A stretch of 64,000 nucleotides of DNA. Source: Methanotrichaceae archaeon (GTDB lineage Archaea; Halobacteriota; Methanosarcinia; Methanotrichales; Methanotrichaceae). The stretch is from assembly GCA_963754945.1 (NCBI GenBank), contig CAVWIG010000024.1, positions 32,001-96,000 on the forward strand. Reading direction: 5' to 3'. Positions 9,201 through 17,394 of the stretch are shown piece after piece (within the stretch, counting starts at the first letter, position 1; each line of letters opens with the position of its first letter). The notes under the pieces are model-generated. The model had not been told where the DNA came from and ran no database searches. It worked only from the letters and a program-made list of their open reading frames with translations. A program made the position numbers and the translations under genes.

Positions 9201-10316
9201 TCCAATATCACTCCTGAGCTGCTCACAATCAAAGACGAGGCCTTCGTCGCTGATCTGGCTTCGATAGGGCCAGCTCGAGTGTACCGAAAGACACTGATGG
9301 TCGCGCCCATTACCATAGGCGTCCGCACTTTCATCGGCAACTCTTCGGTGGTGCCGGTCGGTGGAAATGTTCCCGATGGTTGCCTTATAGGGGTACAGTC
9401 GACTCCACCCCAAGCCACGATTTATCCCGGCAGTTCCTGGCTGGGCCTGCCTCCGATGTACCTCCCTCGCCGGCAAGTTGTCGAGGGCTACACCGAAGAG
9501 CAGACATTCAACCCACATCTGGGCGCCTATGCGTTGCGCTACGGCTACGAATTCTTCCGAATCACGCTTCCGCCGGCCTTCGCGTTTGGCATTTTATGGG
9601 CTCTATACTTCTTGTCGCAAGCAAGTCTCGCCACACTGGGGTTAGGTTTTTCCCTACCACTGCTGCCGTTGTTCTACCTGGCTCCAGCGTTCGCGACAAT
9701 ACTCGCAGTCGCCGCACTAAAGTGGATATTGATTGGTCGCTACCTGCCGCGCTTCGAGCCATTGTGGAGCCACTTTGTACGCCGCACTGAACTCATCACC
9801 GGGCTCTATGAAAATGTCACTGTGCCACTCCTTCTGGGATTCTTGACCGGCACTCCGCTCATCCGGCCGATGTTGCGTTTGTTGGGTGTAAAGCTCGGTC
9901 GTAATGTTCTCCTCCTGACCACTTTCATGAGCGAGTTCGACCTTACCGAAGTTGGGGACAACAGTGCCATTAACCCTGGGGTCTCACTGCAGACTCATCT
10001 GTTTGAAGATCGTGTGATGAAGATGTCATACGTCCGAGTCGGCCCCGATTGTACGATCGGTGAACGCAGCGTGGTGCTCTACGATAGCGAGATGAAGGCA
10101 GGTGCGCGCCTGGGGAACCTTTCGTTGCTGATGAAGGGTGAGGTGCTTGCCAAAGGCAGCGAATGGGAAGGTTCGCCAGCGCAGCCGGTGCTACGAGTTG
10201 AAGCCATATTGTCTCCGCAGGCCAAATCTAAGAGACATATGGTAGTTCAGCCAAAGCAGAGTCTAAAGCATTCGGGATCATTGTCAAGAAACCCGAGCCT
10301 CGGGAAGAGTGTGTAA
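6228..10316 (+). CDS. Pls/PosA-type membrane-bound single-module NRPS (A-T-C-terminal repeat/TM region); homopoly(amino acid) synthetase
   Basis: A-domain cores YIIYTSGSTGRPKG, NTYGPTE, YRTGDL, GRADLQVKLRGYRIEL, PSGKIDR; carrier motif DFFRDLGGHSL (Ser codon 7905-7907); three hexapeptide-like repeats (LMGARIG, MLGAKIG, LLGVKLG) each preceded by TM pairs; QTHLFEDRVMK C-terminal motif; no canonical C or TE domain. Confidence 0.9.
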   Translation: MFEKRAQSLSIPNTQVKPAMLQQLFERTADTMPDRIAVICEGKEYTYLELEHYANRIAHYLSERGVKFGNRVGILLKRSIETYAAIIAVLKLGAAYVPLDTSFPSDRIRFIAEDAEFSMLISTESISARKAANKSPQVLLDREKAVIASQPGSRPEIALSGQPERELCYIIYTSGSTGRPKGVEVEHRSVVNLINVVTEIYGIKPEDRVFQGITIAFDFSVEEIWMAFNAGATLIAGPAEKGSCVGNELARFLIEQRVTVLGAVPTMLSSIDKDIPSLRLIEVGGEPCPQNLVDRWAKPGRRFLNTYGPTETTITATWAELEPGKPVTIGRPLPSYKVLIADEAGRRVPNGEIGEIYIGGVGVARGYVKRPDITAERFIPDPDAEPGYARLYRTGDLGRYTEAGEIEYHGRADLQVKLRGYRIELSEIESVILKSDDVQAAAVAVMPSPDGIEELVAYVTPKLGHNVDPAKLHDLLHYYMPPYMVPAYIELINALPVLPSGKIDRKALPKPGLTRLGSNKPFVATRGEVETHISEVWSNVLRLPQISATDDFFRDLGGHSLFAAFVVSKLRENPAFVHLSMADFYANPTVQKLARLGTAAEDPNGISIVEQPKKTTFKARASKRLVAAQSLSLYLMFGIPGLMMILWLYLSQRLTGGDTLLNYVFIGLLLYLLYIPASVAVAVVAKRLLIGRFKPGVHPLWGDAYLRWWLVNLAQRFVPVSMFVGTPLMVWYCRLMGARIGKDCYIGTGLVSCHDLICLGDGTSVGNGSYLLGYSVTSGSIEFGTIDIGSDCYIGANSVLGINTIMGDGAMLLEQSQLAHGSMLSPSYVANGSPARSRPIDQAPPFVVPVTQGRQRVSERMLIAGFLVSGMLFLPLVPLLAGIPGVLFDWWLITNYPGNVWTWVVGLILAGAMFVSSLCILVTGCKRLILPDVKPGGYPLQSTFYLRKWTVDALVGLTLMLNNAQYGTLYIAPFLRMLGAKIGVRGEISTVSNITPELLTIKDEAFVADLASIGPARVYRKTLMVAPITIGVRTFIGNSSVVPVGGNVPDGCLIGVQSTPPQATIYPGSSWLGLPPMYLPRRQVVEGYTEEQTFNPHLGAYALRYGYEFFRITLPPAFAFGILWALYFLSQASLATLGLGFSLPLLPLFYLAPAFATILAVAALKWILIGRYLPRFEPLWSHFVRRTELITGLYENVTVPLLLGFLTGTPLIRPMLRLLGVKLGRNVLLLTTFMSEFDLTEVGDNSAINPGVSLQTHLFEDRVMKMSYVRVGPDCTIGERSVVLYDSEMKAGARLGNLSLLMKGEVLAKGSEWEGSPAQPVLRVEAILSPQAKSKRHMVVQPKQSLKHSGSLSRNPSLGKSV

Positions 10317-11028
10317 CAATATGCGCCCGTCTCTGTTCGAGCTGTGGCGGGCATGCGGCGTTTTCCCGCCAGGACACGGAGAGTGCCTTAAACCCGGGCA
10401 GGTTCTTGTACATGCACTGCCGCTAGACTGTGGCTCGATGAAAGCAGTCTGGCCCTTTCTTTCCCATGACGAGCAAGCTAGAGCTGCAAGCTATGGTCGA
10501 GAGCTAGACGGTCTGCGTTTCGCAATCTCTAGAACTCTATTGCGTGGGGTGTTGGGGCTCTATACCGGAATTAATCCCCACAATCTAGTATTTCTCTATG
10601 GACCTCACGGACGGCCCCGGCTGGCTCTCGACCAGGCCAATGACTTGGATTTCAATTTAGCGCGAAGAGATGATTGCTGCGTGATTGCGTTGGGTTTAGG
10701 CCGGCGCGTCGGCATAGATCTTGAATCTCGTTGTCTTTCCAAATTGGTTGAAGCTACGGTAATGATGTCTGCGGGAGAAGATCGGTTCGCACTAGAAGAA
10801 GCTCGGGGGGATGAACGCAGCATGCGTCTGATCGAAGAATGGACGACGCTAGAAGCTAGAGCAAAGGCAATTGGAACCGGGCTATGCGACATGGTTACGC
10901 ATAACGCCGCATTGACATGCCGGAAATTCGAGCTAGGCAAAGAGTGGATCGGTTGTATCGCTTCAGAAGGTCATAATTGGCATTTCAAGCTTATTTTAGA
11001 AACGAACTTGACGACCAATAGCATATAG
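10309..11028 (+). CDS. Sfp-type 4'-phosphopantetheinyl transferase
   Basis: LS.DE..RA, YGPHGRP, LDFNL, VGIDLE, W...EA..KA.G.G motifs; overlaps the NRPS stop. Confidence 0.85.
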   Translation: MCNNMRPSLFELWRACGVFPPGHGECLKPGQVLVHALPLDCGSMKAVWPFLSHDEQARAASYGRELDGLRFAISRTLLRGVLGLYTGINPHNLVFLYGPHGRPRLALDQANDLDFNLARRDDCCVIALGLGRRVGIDLESRCLSKLVEATVMMSAGEDRFALEEARGDERSMRLIEEWTTLEARAKAIGTGLCDMVTHNAALTCRKFELGKEWIGCIASEGHNWHFKLILETNLTTNSI

Positions 11029-11209
11029 GCCGTTAAGGCTCTTTGTAGCCAGGACTTCCAGCCAAATTGCGACGATAAGATCGTCGATAACTTCCTTATA
11101 CATATATCACAGAATAATATAACAGAAATGCCATTTTTTTTCGCAAAATCTTAAATAGCATAGATCCTAATAGAATTGAGAATGCATAAGCGAGAAGGAG
11201 AGATGATTA

Positions 11210-11764
11210 GTGCATCGTATAATGTATTTTATATTGATTGGGTCATTAGCAATATTTGGCCTAGCAACAACCGCAATGGCCGCGGATCAGCTAATAAAAA
11301 CAGATCTCTCCAACTCAGATGGAATTTTGAAGTTAAGCGACAGCACAGCGAATAACGCTATTAACAAGTTTCCTTTCTTTGTCCTCGATTGTTACGTCCC
11401 ATGGTGTGAACCATGCAAGACTATGAGCACTGCACTTTATGAACTGGCCGGTGAGCTGAGGGGCCAAGTGACTTTTGGACTGATCGATATCGAAAATAAT
11501 TCGGTGACAGCGAGAAGGTACAATATCACGTCTTACCCAACGCTTCTGATTTTCAAGAACGGAATGCTAGTAGATAACCAAGCAGGATACGGTTCGAAGT
11601 CGGAACTCGTAGATTTACTTCAAATGGATGATCCAGGGTTGAATACCGGCAGTGCTGCGCTTGCGGCTCCACATCAGCCGCCGACTACCCCATTGAGCTC
11701 AAACTACTCACAAATGACAACACTTGATCCAATTAGGGATCTAACGACATACAAAATGCCTTAA
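11210..11764 (+). CDS. Secreted thioredoxin-domain protein (WCEPC)
   Basis: Signal peptide ending AMA; PWCEPC and cis-Pro YPTL motifs. Confidence 0.85.
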   Translation: MHRIMYFILIGSLAIFGLATTAMAADQLIKTDLSNSDGILKLSDSTANNAINKFPFFVLDCYVPWCEPCKTMSTALYELAGELRGQVTFGLIDIENNSVTARRYNITSYPTLLIFKNGMLVDNQAGYGSKSELVDLLQMDDPGLNTGSAALAAPHQPPTTPLSSNYSQMTTLDPIRDLTTYKMP

Positions 11765-11841
11765 CGATCATGAGTAGAAGGAATTGTGCCAGATTTCACC
11801 CGAACCACAAAAAAGGATTTCTGGTTGCATCAGAATCTTAA

Positions 11842-12255
11842 TCAATTGTGCTTCGCGAAAGATTTGACTGCATTAAGTGCATTGGTTGTATTTTTATTAG
11901 TCGCGTTTATGCTTGCGGGTATGATCGTGTTCGTGATTTCGGTTAGATTCTGAATTAATACGATGTTCAATGTAACATTCTGAAGCATGATCATTTCCAT
12001 GGACCCATTGGCCATCTTACTAGGCATATTCATCGGCATCGTCATGTTCATCGGCATCGTCATGTTCATCGGCATCGTCATGTTCATCGGCGTTGTCATG
12101 TTCATCGGCGTTGTCATGTTCATCGGCGTTGTCATGTTCATCGGCGTTGTCATGTTCTTCGCCATGCTACCTTTCTCTGTCAAGGCCACTCCTCCAAAAG
12201 AGAGTATCAATAGTATTGATAGTAGTGCCAATCCAGCCAATACGGAGCTTCTCAT
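11842..12255 (-). CDS. Secreted Met-rich repeat protein with NMT(T/M)PM hexapeptide repeats
   Basis: Signal peptide; SD-like GGAAGGA upstream; seven NMT repeats. Confidence 0.75.
   Translation of the reverse strand: MRSSVLAGLALLSILLILSFGGVALTEKGSMAKNMTTPMNMTTPMNMTTPMNMTTPMNMTMPMNMTMPMNMTMPMNMPSKMANGSMEMIMLQNVTLNIVLIQNLTEITNTIIPASINATNKNTTNALNAVKSFAKHN
12025..12157 (-). repeat. 18-bp tandem repeat, about 7 copies
   Basis: CATGTTCATCGGC(GTT/ATC)GT units on the + strand. Confidence 0.95.
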
Positions 12256-12683
12256 TTGTATCCTTCCTTACTTTCCCACGTTAATTAGTTTATACGGATT
12301 TAAATCTTCCTGAGGACGAACTTGTTGGCCATAACTCGTCCTCATCTTGCCAAGCTCTTCTCCCTCCAGCTCTTTCCTCAAGCCTCTTCCTGATCATGTC
12401 AGGCCTCCAAGGTTGTCTTGCTCTTTTATCCCAGTCTTCGATCGATCAAATTCATGATTGGGTATAGGGCTCTATGGATCATTTCGGTACTTGTGCAAAA
12501 TTTTGTCTGATCAATTCCTGTATGGGTTGAAGAATCGTCTATGAAGGTGCTGCCGATAGAACGGAATACACTACTTGTTCTTTCTCTATCGGCCAGCTAA
12601 TTCAAATAGCGGAACCTATGGAAGATCTTGTGTTGTAATCCTAGTCCAAAAGACTCCTACATCCGATCAAAGCGTGCGCATTA

Positions 12684-13292
12684 CTACTGCTTTACTGCGG
12701 TGACATTTCCTTTGCCTAAGGACTGTCCGCCTGAACTCAAGACATAAGTTCCCGACAGAGTATTGTTTTTCATAAGCAGGTCGAGATCGTACACATCATA
12801 TTTTTGATTGGCGTATTCGGGTGTGGCCGACTTAGCGGTCAATGTTAGCTCCTGCGCGGTTAAAGATCCGCTGGCAGTCACAGAGTTCTTAGCACCGTCT
12901 TCTGTTAGGGTGCCATAACCCATAATTCTGTTCCCGCCGGACGGCCATAGGTTCAAGTCAAGTGACCTGTCTGTGCCGTCATTAAACTTTATCGACCATT
13001 TGCCGCTCACGTTCATTGGTTGGACCCCCTGTTGTATTTGAGTCACTTGCGTCTGATTAGAACTCGTATTGCTGGTTTGGTTGAGTTCCTGTTTAGGATT
13101 GATGTTTGGCTCGACTATCGTCTTGGGGGTTGTCACTGGCACCTCCATGCTTGGCGCTGAGATGTGAGGCTCTGGCACGCTCATGTCCGGGACGGGCATA
13201 CTCGGCACTGCGATGTCACCAACATCGGCGTGAGCCTGAATTGATAAACATGAAAGTAATATAGCTGATAACAGTATGCTTGCCAATCTCAT
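12684..13292 (-). CDS. Secreted protein with Pro-rich linker and C-terminal beta-rich domain
   Basis: Signal peptide ending AHA; GGTGGAGG SD; NVSGKW...LSGTY pattern. Confidence 0.75.
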   Translation of the reverse strand: MRLASILLSAILLSCLSIQAHADVGDIAVPSMPVPDMSVPEPHISAPSMEVPVTTPKTIVEPNINPKQELNQTSNTSSNQTQVTQIQQGVQPMNVSGKWSIKFNDGTDRSLDLNLWPSGGNRIMGYGTLTEDGAKNSVTASGSLTAQELTLTAKSATPEYANQKYDVYDLDLLMKNNTLSGTYVLSSGGQSLGKGNVTAVKQ

Positions 13293-13514
13293 TCAACTAA
13301 CCTCCACCTTGATATGGTTGCACGCAACAACTTTAAAGGTTATCCCATGCATGGAGTTCACGCCAACTCTCTTAAACCCCTGGATGTGTGGATAGCAATC
13401 TCGCAGAGGAAGAGGTTTCTCCGCTACAGCTCTCCTCCAACGGCCTCCTCTGTATCATGTTCTCTACATCGGGAGGCTGTTTTAGGTATCATCCAGTACA
13501 GCCCTGTACACCAC

Positions 13515-14519
13515 CTAATCCTTGATCCCTGGCGTGGTCACCGAGAAAACCGCCTCGCCATCCGGTAGATTGGGAGAATCCACAAGTCGAGCGATGCGCT
13601 TCTCGCCCTTGGACTTGCGCAGGTACAGCCTGAAGGTTGCCGTGTGACCCAGCACATGCCCGCCCACGGGTTTTGTTGGATCGCCGAAGAAGGTGTCCGG
13701 CTTGGACATGACCTGATTGGTGACCATTATCAGGGCGTTGTTCAGATCTCCAAAGCGCATCAGAGCGTGGAGGTGTTTGTTAAGTTTCTGCTGCCGATCC
13801 GCCAGGGTTCCGCGGCCAACGTACTCAGCCCGGAAGTGAGCAGTGACCGAATCCACAATGAGCAAGCGGACTGGCTTGTCTGAGTCCTTCAGCTTCTCGG
13901 CTAGGTCCAGGGCGCTTTCGGCCAGGAGCATCTGGTGATTGGAGTTGTATGCCCTGGCCACGTGAATGTGCTTCAAAAACTCCTCCGGTTCCCAGGTACG
14001 GTCTTCGGATGCTGGAAGGCCGCCCACCATCTGGGTGATCCTCTCAGGCCGGAAGGTGTTCTCGGTGTCTATGATTATTGCCGAACCGTCGAGGCCGCCC
14101 ATCTCCTGAGGGAGCTGGACGTTGACGGCTATCTGGTGGGCCACCTGTGTCTTTCCCGAGCCAAACTCGCCGTAGAGCTCGACTATGGACTGGGTCTCCA
14201 TGCCGCCGCCCAGAAGATCGTCCAGGCTCTTGCTGCTGGTTGTCAACTTCCCAACATGCTTTCTTCGCTCCAGAACTATGTCTCCGGTCTCGAAGCCTCC
14301 GATGTCGGCGGCCTCGCGGGCGGCGGCTATGATCTTGGAGGCAGTAGTCTCGCCAACGTCCGCGCACGCGCCTAGTTCTCCGGGCGACGCGACAGCAATG
14401 GCCTCGATGGAGTTGAACCCGGCCTCTCTAAGCTTCTCGGCCGTGGCAGGACCAACTCCAGGCAGATCCTCTAGAAGTTTTATTGGCATTATGATTTCCT
14501 CTATACTATTTTGGGCCAC
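13515..14519 (-). CDS. radA: DNA repair and recombination protein RadA
   Basis: N-terminal Hh[10 protein letters not shown], Walker [32 protein letters not shown]. Confidence 0.97.
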   Translation of the reverse strand: MAQNSIEEIIMPIKLLEDLPGVGPATAEKLREAGFNSIEAIAVASPGELGACADVGETTASKIIAAAREAADIGGFETGDIVLERRKHVGKLTTSSKSLDDLLGGGMETQSIVELYGEFGSGKTQVAHQIAVNVQLPQEMGGLDGSAIIIDTENTFRPERITQMVGGLPASEDRTWEPEEFLKHIHVARAYNSNHQMLLAESALDLAEKLKDSDKPVRLLIVDSVTAHFRAEYVGRGTLADRQQKLNKHLHALMRFGDLNNALIMVTNQVMSKPDTFFGDPTKPVGGHVLGHTATFRLYLRKSKGEKRIARLVDSPNLPDGEAVFSVTTPGIKD

Positions 14520-14532
14520 TTACTTAACTGAG

Positions 14533-15648
14533 TTACTCAGGCGGGGCGAAAGTGATTTTGGTACTCCAACCGCAACTGATCTCGAGCTCTTCATTCCATC
14601 CGCTCTTGACCTGGCAGTCCACAATATCGGCCCGAAAGCCAATATCCAGCCCCTCCAAAAGCTGTGCATGATCTCCCCACAGAACAGCTTTCACCCGGCC
14701 GGTGGCATCGGAGACGTAGATGTTGGCCACCTTGCCCGGAGTGCCGTCGGCCTTCTGAAACTCCCTCACCTCGCCTAGACCGGAAACGAATCCGGAGACT
14801 GTGCAGATCATTCCCGGCTCAAGGTCGGCTATCGGCGTTATCTTCTCGCTATAGTTGATCGTAGCATTGCTCTTTTTCACTACGGTGTAGCCGCCGGTCT
14901 GGATCTCCACCTGGCCGTACCTCTCCCGAGAGGATCCGTTTATGATCTCCAGGGCATCGCCCGGGGCAATCTCCAAGCTGGCCTGGTCGTTCCACAGGTT
15001 GAGCCTGATCTTCCCAGTCTCATCGCCCAGAAGAACGGTCCTGACTAGCCCCTTCGATCCATCTTTACGCGCGAACTCCCTGACAACTCCTGGATCCAGT
15101 ACACGAGCGACCAGATTCACCTCGCCCATGTCTCTATTGATCTCCGAGATTTTGTAGGGCGCGAGCCTTGGCTTTATGTCCGCGTCCACCTCTTCGACGC
15201 CCCCGTTGCGGCCTATGGACACCTCCGTCCCAGCAAAGCCCTCCTTGGCCAGGCCCCGCACCTTCAGGCACTGGTCCACCCTTATGTCTCCGGACTTCAC
15301 CAGATCGGTTGCCTCATCCCACAGGGCTGCTCGAATGGTGCCCGTCTCGTCACCAAGTGTCAGGTTCACAACCCGTCCAGGCGAGCCATCCGACCTCTGA
15401 AACTCCTTGATCTCGGATATGGATATGATTTTTCCCGTAAAGGTGACTGTTCCAGTTTCCGGCTTGATCCTTCCGATCTTGAATTGGACCTCGCTTGCCC
15501 CAAGCTCCCGGGCCACCAGCATGGCCGCAGTACGCCTGTCGCAGAGGCCACCCATAAGGGAAACCTTCTCCGCTATTCTGGTCTCGAACTCCTCGGGGGT
15601 GATCTGGTCAGAAAGCTGCTGGTAGATCTCTGTCAGCTCATCATCCAT
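14533..15648 (-). CDS. rpa: Replication protein A-like ssDNA-binding protein with three OB folds
   Basis: Three repeats of EF...DG..G.V.....D.TG.....LW; adjacent to radA. Confidence 0.88.
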   Translation of the reverse strand: MDDELTEIYQQLSDQITPEEFETRIAEKVSLMGGLCDRRTAAMLVARELGASEVQFKIGRIKPETGTVTFTGKIISISEIKEFQRSDGSPGRVVNLTLGDETGTIRAALWDEATDLVKSGDIRVDQCLKVRGLAKEGFAGTEVSIGRNGGVEEVDADIKPRLAPYKISEINRDMGEVNLVARVLDPGVVREFARKDGSKGLVRTVLLGDETGKIRLNLWNDQASLEIAPGDALEIINGSSRERYGQVEIQTGGYTVVKKSNATINYSEKITPIADLEPGMICTVSGFVSGLGEVREFQKADGTPGKVANIYVSDATGRVKAVLWGDHAQLLEGLDIGFRADIVDCQVKSGWNEELEISCGWSTKITFAPPE

Positions 15649-15667
15649 GTCAAATCACATCAATAAA

Positions 15668-17386
15668 TCAAGTCAGAACTTGGCCTTCAGGCCGCTTAAG
15701 ATAGGCGGCTCCGCACCTGGAAAGGAAAGCATTGCAGACCTCGTCGGGGTTGCCGTCGGCCGATATGACTCCGTTCTCTATCAGAATTGCGCGGTGAGAA
15801 ATCTCACGCACGAAGTCAACGTGGTGACTGACCAGGAGGATGGTAGTCCCGAGCTCTCTGTTGATCTTCTTCAGGGCGTTAGATACTTCTCTCAGAGTGA
15901 GAGGGTCAATGTCACCAAAGGGCTCGTCCAGGATCAGTATCCTGGGCTTGGCCGCCAGGAGGATGGCGATGGAAGCCCTTACCCTTTCTCCACCGCTGAG
16001 CTGTTCGGACAGCTTCGTCAGCACGGTTGGGTCGAGGTCCATGAGCTTGAAGACTGGCTCTGCGAACTCGAGGGCCTCTGTAGTTGGGAACCTGGGGAAG
16101 AGATCCTTGAAAACATCCCTTGTCAATCCCATGGATTCCAGAACTGTTTTTGCCTCCTCTTCTTGCATGTCCGTCAGCGAGTAAATAAGATCCAAGACCT
16201 TATCGCTGATCCCGTTCTCCTCGGCCATAGATCTGGCGTGTTCTACGACATTCTGGCCCTTCACTCCCAGTTGGTAGGCTATCTGATCTAATATGGTCTC
16301 ACTCAGGGATAGGGCAAACTCCTGGTACATTATGCCCAAGGATCTTCTGACCTCCATCCTGGATGGCGAATAGGAGATAATGTCCACCCATCTTTCGCCC
16401 AGTCGGTAGAGCACTGATCCCTCGTCCGAAGGCCTCAAGCCCTCGATGATCTTGAGAATAGTGGTCTTGCCAGATCCTGATGATCCTATTATTGAGGTGA
16501 TCTCTCCTTCATTGATATCGAAGGTGAGATTCTCGATATTTAGAACCTCACCCGGGCCGACCAGGTAGCTCCTCTTGTTCAGCCCCTCAATGCGGATGAT
16601 CGGCTCTGGATTATCTCTAGAGGCAAGAGGTTCAGCTACGCCTATGCCTGATAGGAACTTCTCAAGAATCGCGGCGGGCAAACCCATGTCCACAATCCTT
16701 CCATTATCCAGCCAGATCAGCCTGTCGTCCAGATACTGGTGGACCTCGGGCAGGTGAGATACCACTAGAATGGTCAATCCTAGCTCTCTATTCACGTTCA
16801 AAACGGCGTCCAAAACCTCTTGCTTGGTGGCCGGACACGCCATTGTAGCTGGCTCGTCGAGCAGCAAGAACCTGGGCTTCTTGGCCAGTTGTCTCGCAAT
16901 CAGAAGCCTCTGCTTCTCGCCTCCTGAAAGGAGGGTGGCAAGCTGGTGGGCTTTCTTCTCCAATCCCACGAGCCGGAGGTAGTACATTGCCTCTTTGTAA
17001 AGATCGTCGTAGTTGCCCAACTCAGGTATTGGAAGCACCTCATAACCGGTTTCTCTTGAGTAAACTCGCATGACAACGTTCTTCAGAACGGACTCGGTCC
17101 ACAGCGCAAAATCCCTCTGCAGATGGATGGCCGATAGCCTCATCTGTTCCCTTCGGACGTCGTCTTCCGACTCGGGCGTTACAGTCAACTCCCCCATGAC
17201 GATCTTGCCGGAGTTGAATGGCTCCATCCCTCGCAGGATCTTCATCAGCGTGGTTTTGCCGCCACCGCTCTTGCCAACGAAACCCAGGATCTCACCGGGC
17301 TTGACGGAAAAGCTGATGTCCTTAAGTGCTGCAACCTCTATTCCGTCTATTGTATAAGACTTGGATAAATTATCAATTTGAAGCAT
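15668..17386 (-). CDS. atwA: Dual ABC ATPase, methyl-CoM reductase component A2 (AtwA)-like
   Basis: Two Walker A and LSGGE motifs; AIHLQRDFALW and DEPATMACP segments resemble the component A2 family; may be a paralog. Confidence 0.7.
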   Translation of the reverse strand: MLQIDNLSKSYTIDGIEVAALKDISFSVKPGEILGFVGKSGGGKTTLMKILRGMEPFNSGKIVMGELTVTPESEDDVRREQMRLSAIHLQRDFALWTESVLKNVVMRVYSRETGYEVLPIPELGNYDDLYKEAMYYLRLVGLEKKAHQLATLLSGGEKQRLLIARQLAKKPRFLLLDEPATMACPATKQEVLDAVLNVNRELGLTILVVSHLPEVHQYLDDRLIWLDNGRIVDMGLPAAILEKFLSGIGVAEPLASRDNPEPIIRIEGLNKRSYLVGPGEVLNIENLTFDINEGEITSIIGSSGSGKTTILKIIEGLRPSDEGSVLYRLGERWVDIISYSPSRMEVRRSLGIMYQEFALSLSETILDQIAYQLGVKGQNVVEHARSMAEENGISDKVLDLIYSLTDMQEEEAKTVLESMGLTRDVFKDLFPRFPTTEALEFAEPVFKLMDLDPTVLTKLSEQLSGGERVRASIAILLAAKPRILILDEPFGDIDPLTLREVSNALKKINRELGTTILLVSHHVDFVREISHRAILIENGVISADGNPDEVCNAFLSRCGAAYLKRPEGQVLT

Positions 17387-17394
17387 ATCGATTC

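Noticed and set aside
11987-12313. Hydrophobic MFIGVV-repeat ORF on the + strand
   Set aside because: Antisense reading of the 18-bp repeat; the minus-strand ORF has the SD and signal peptide
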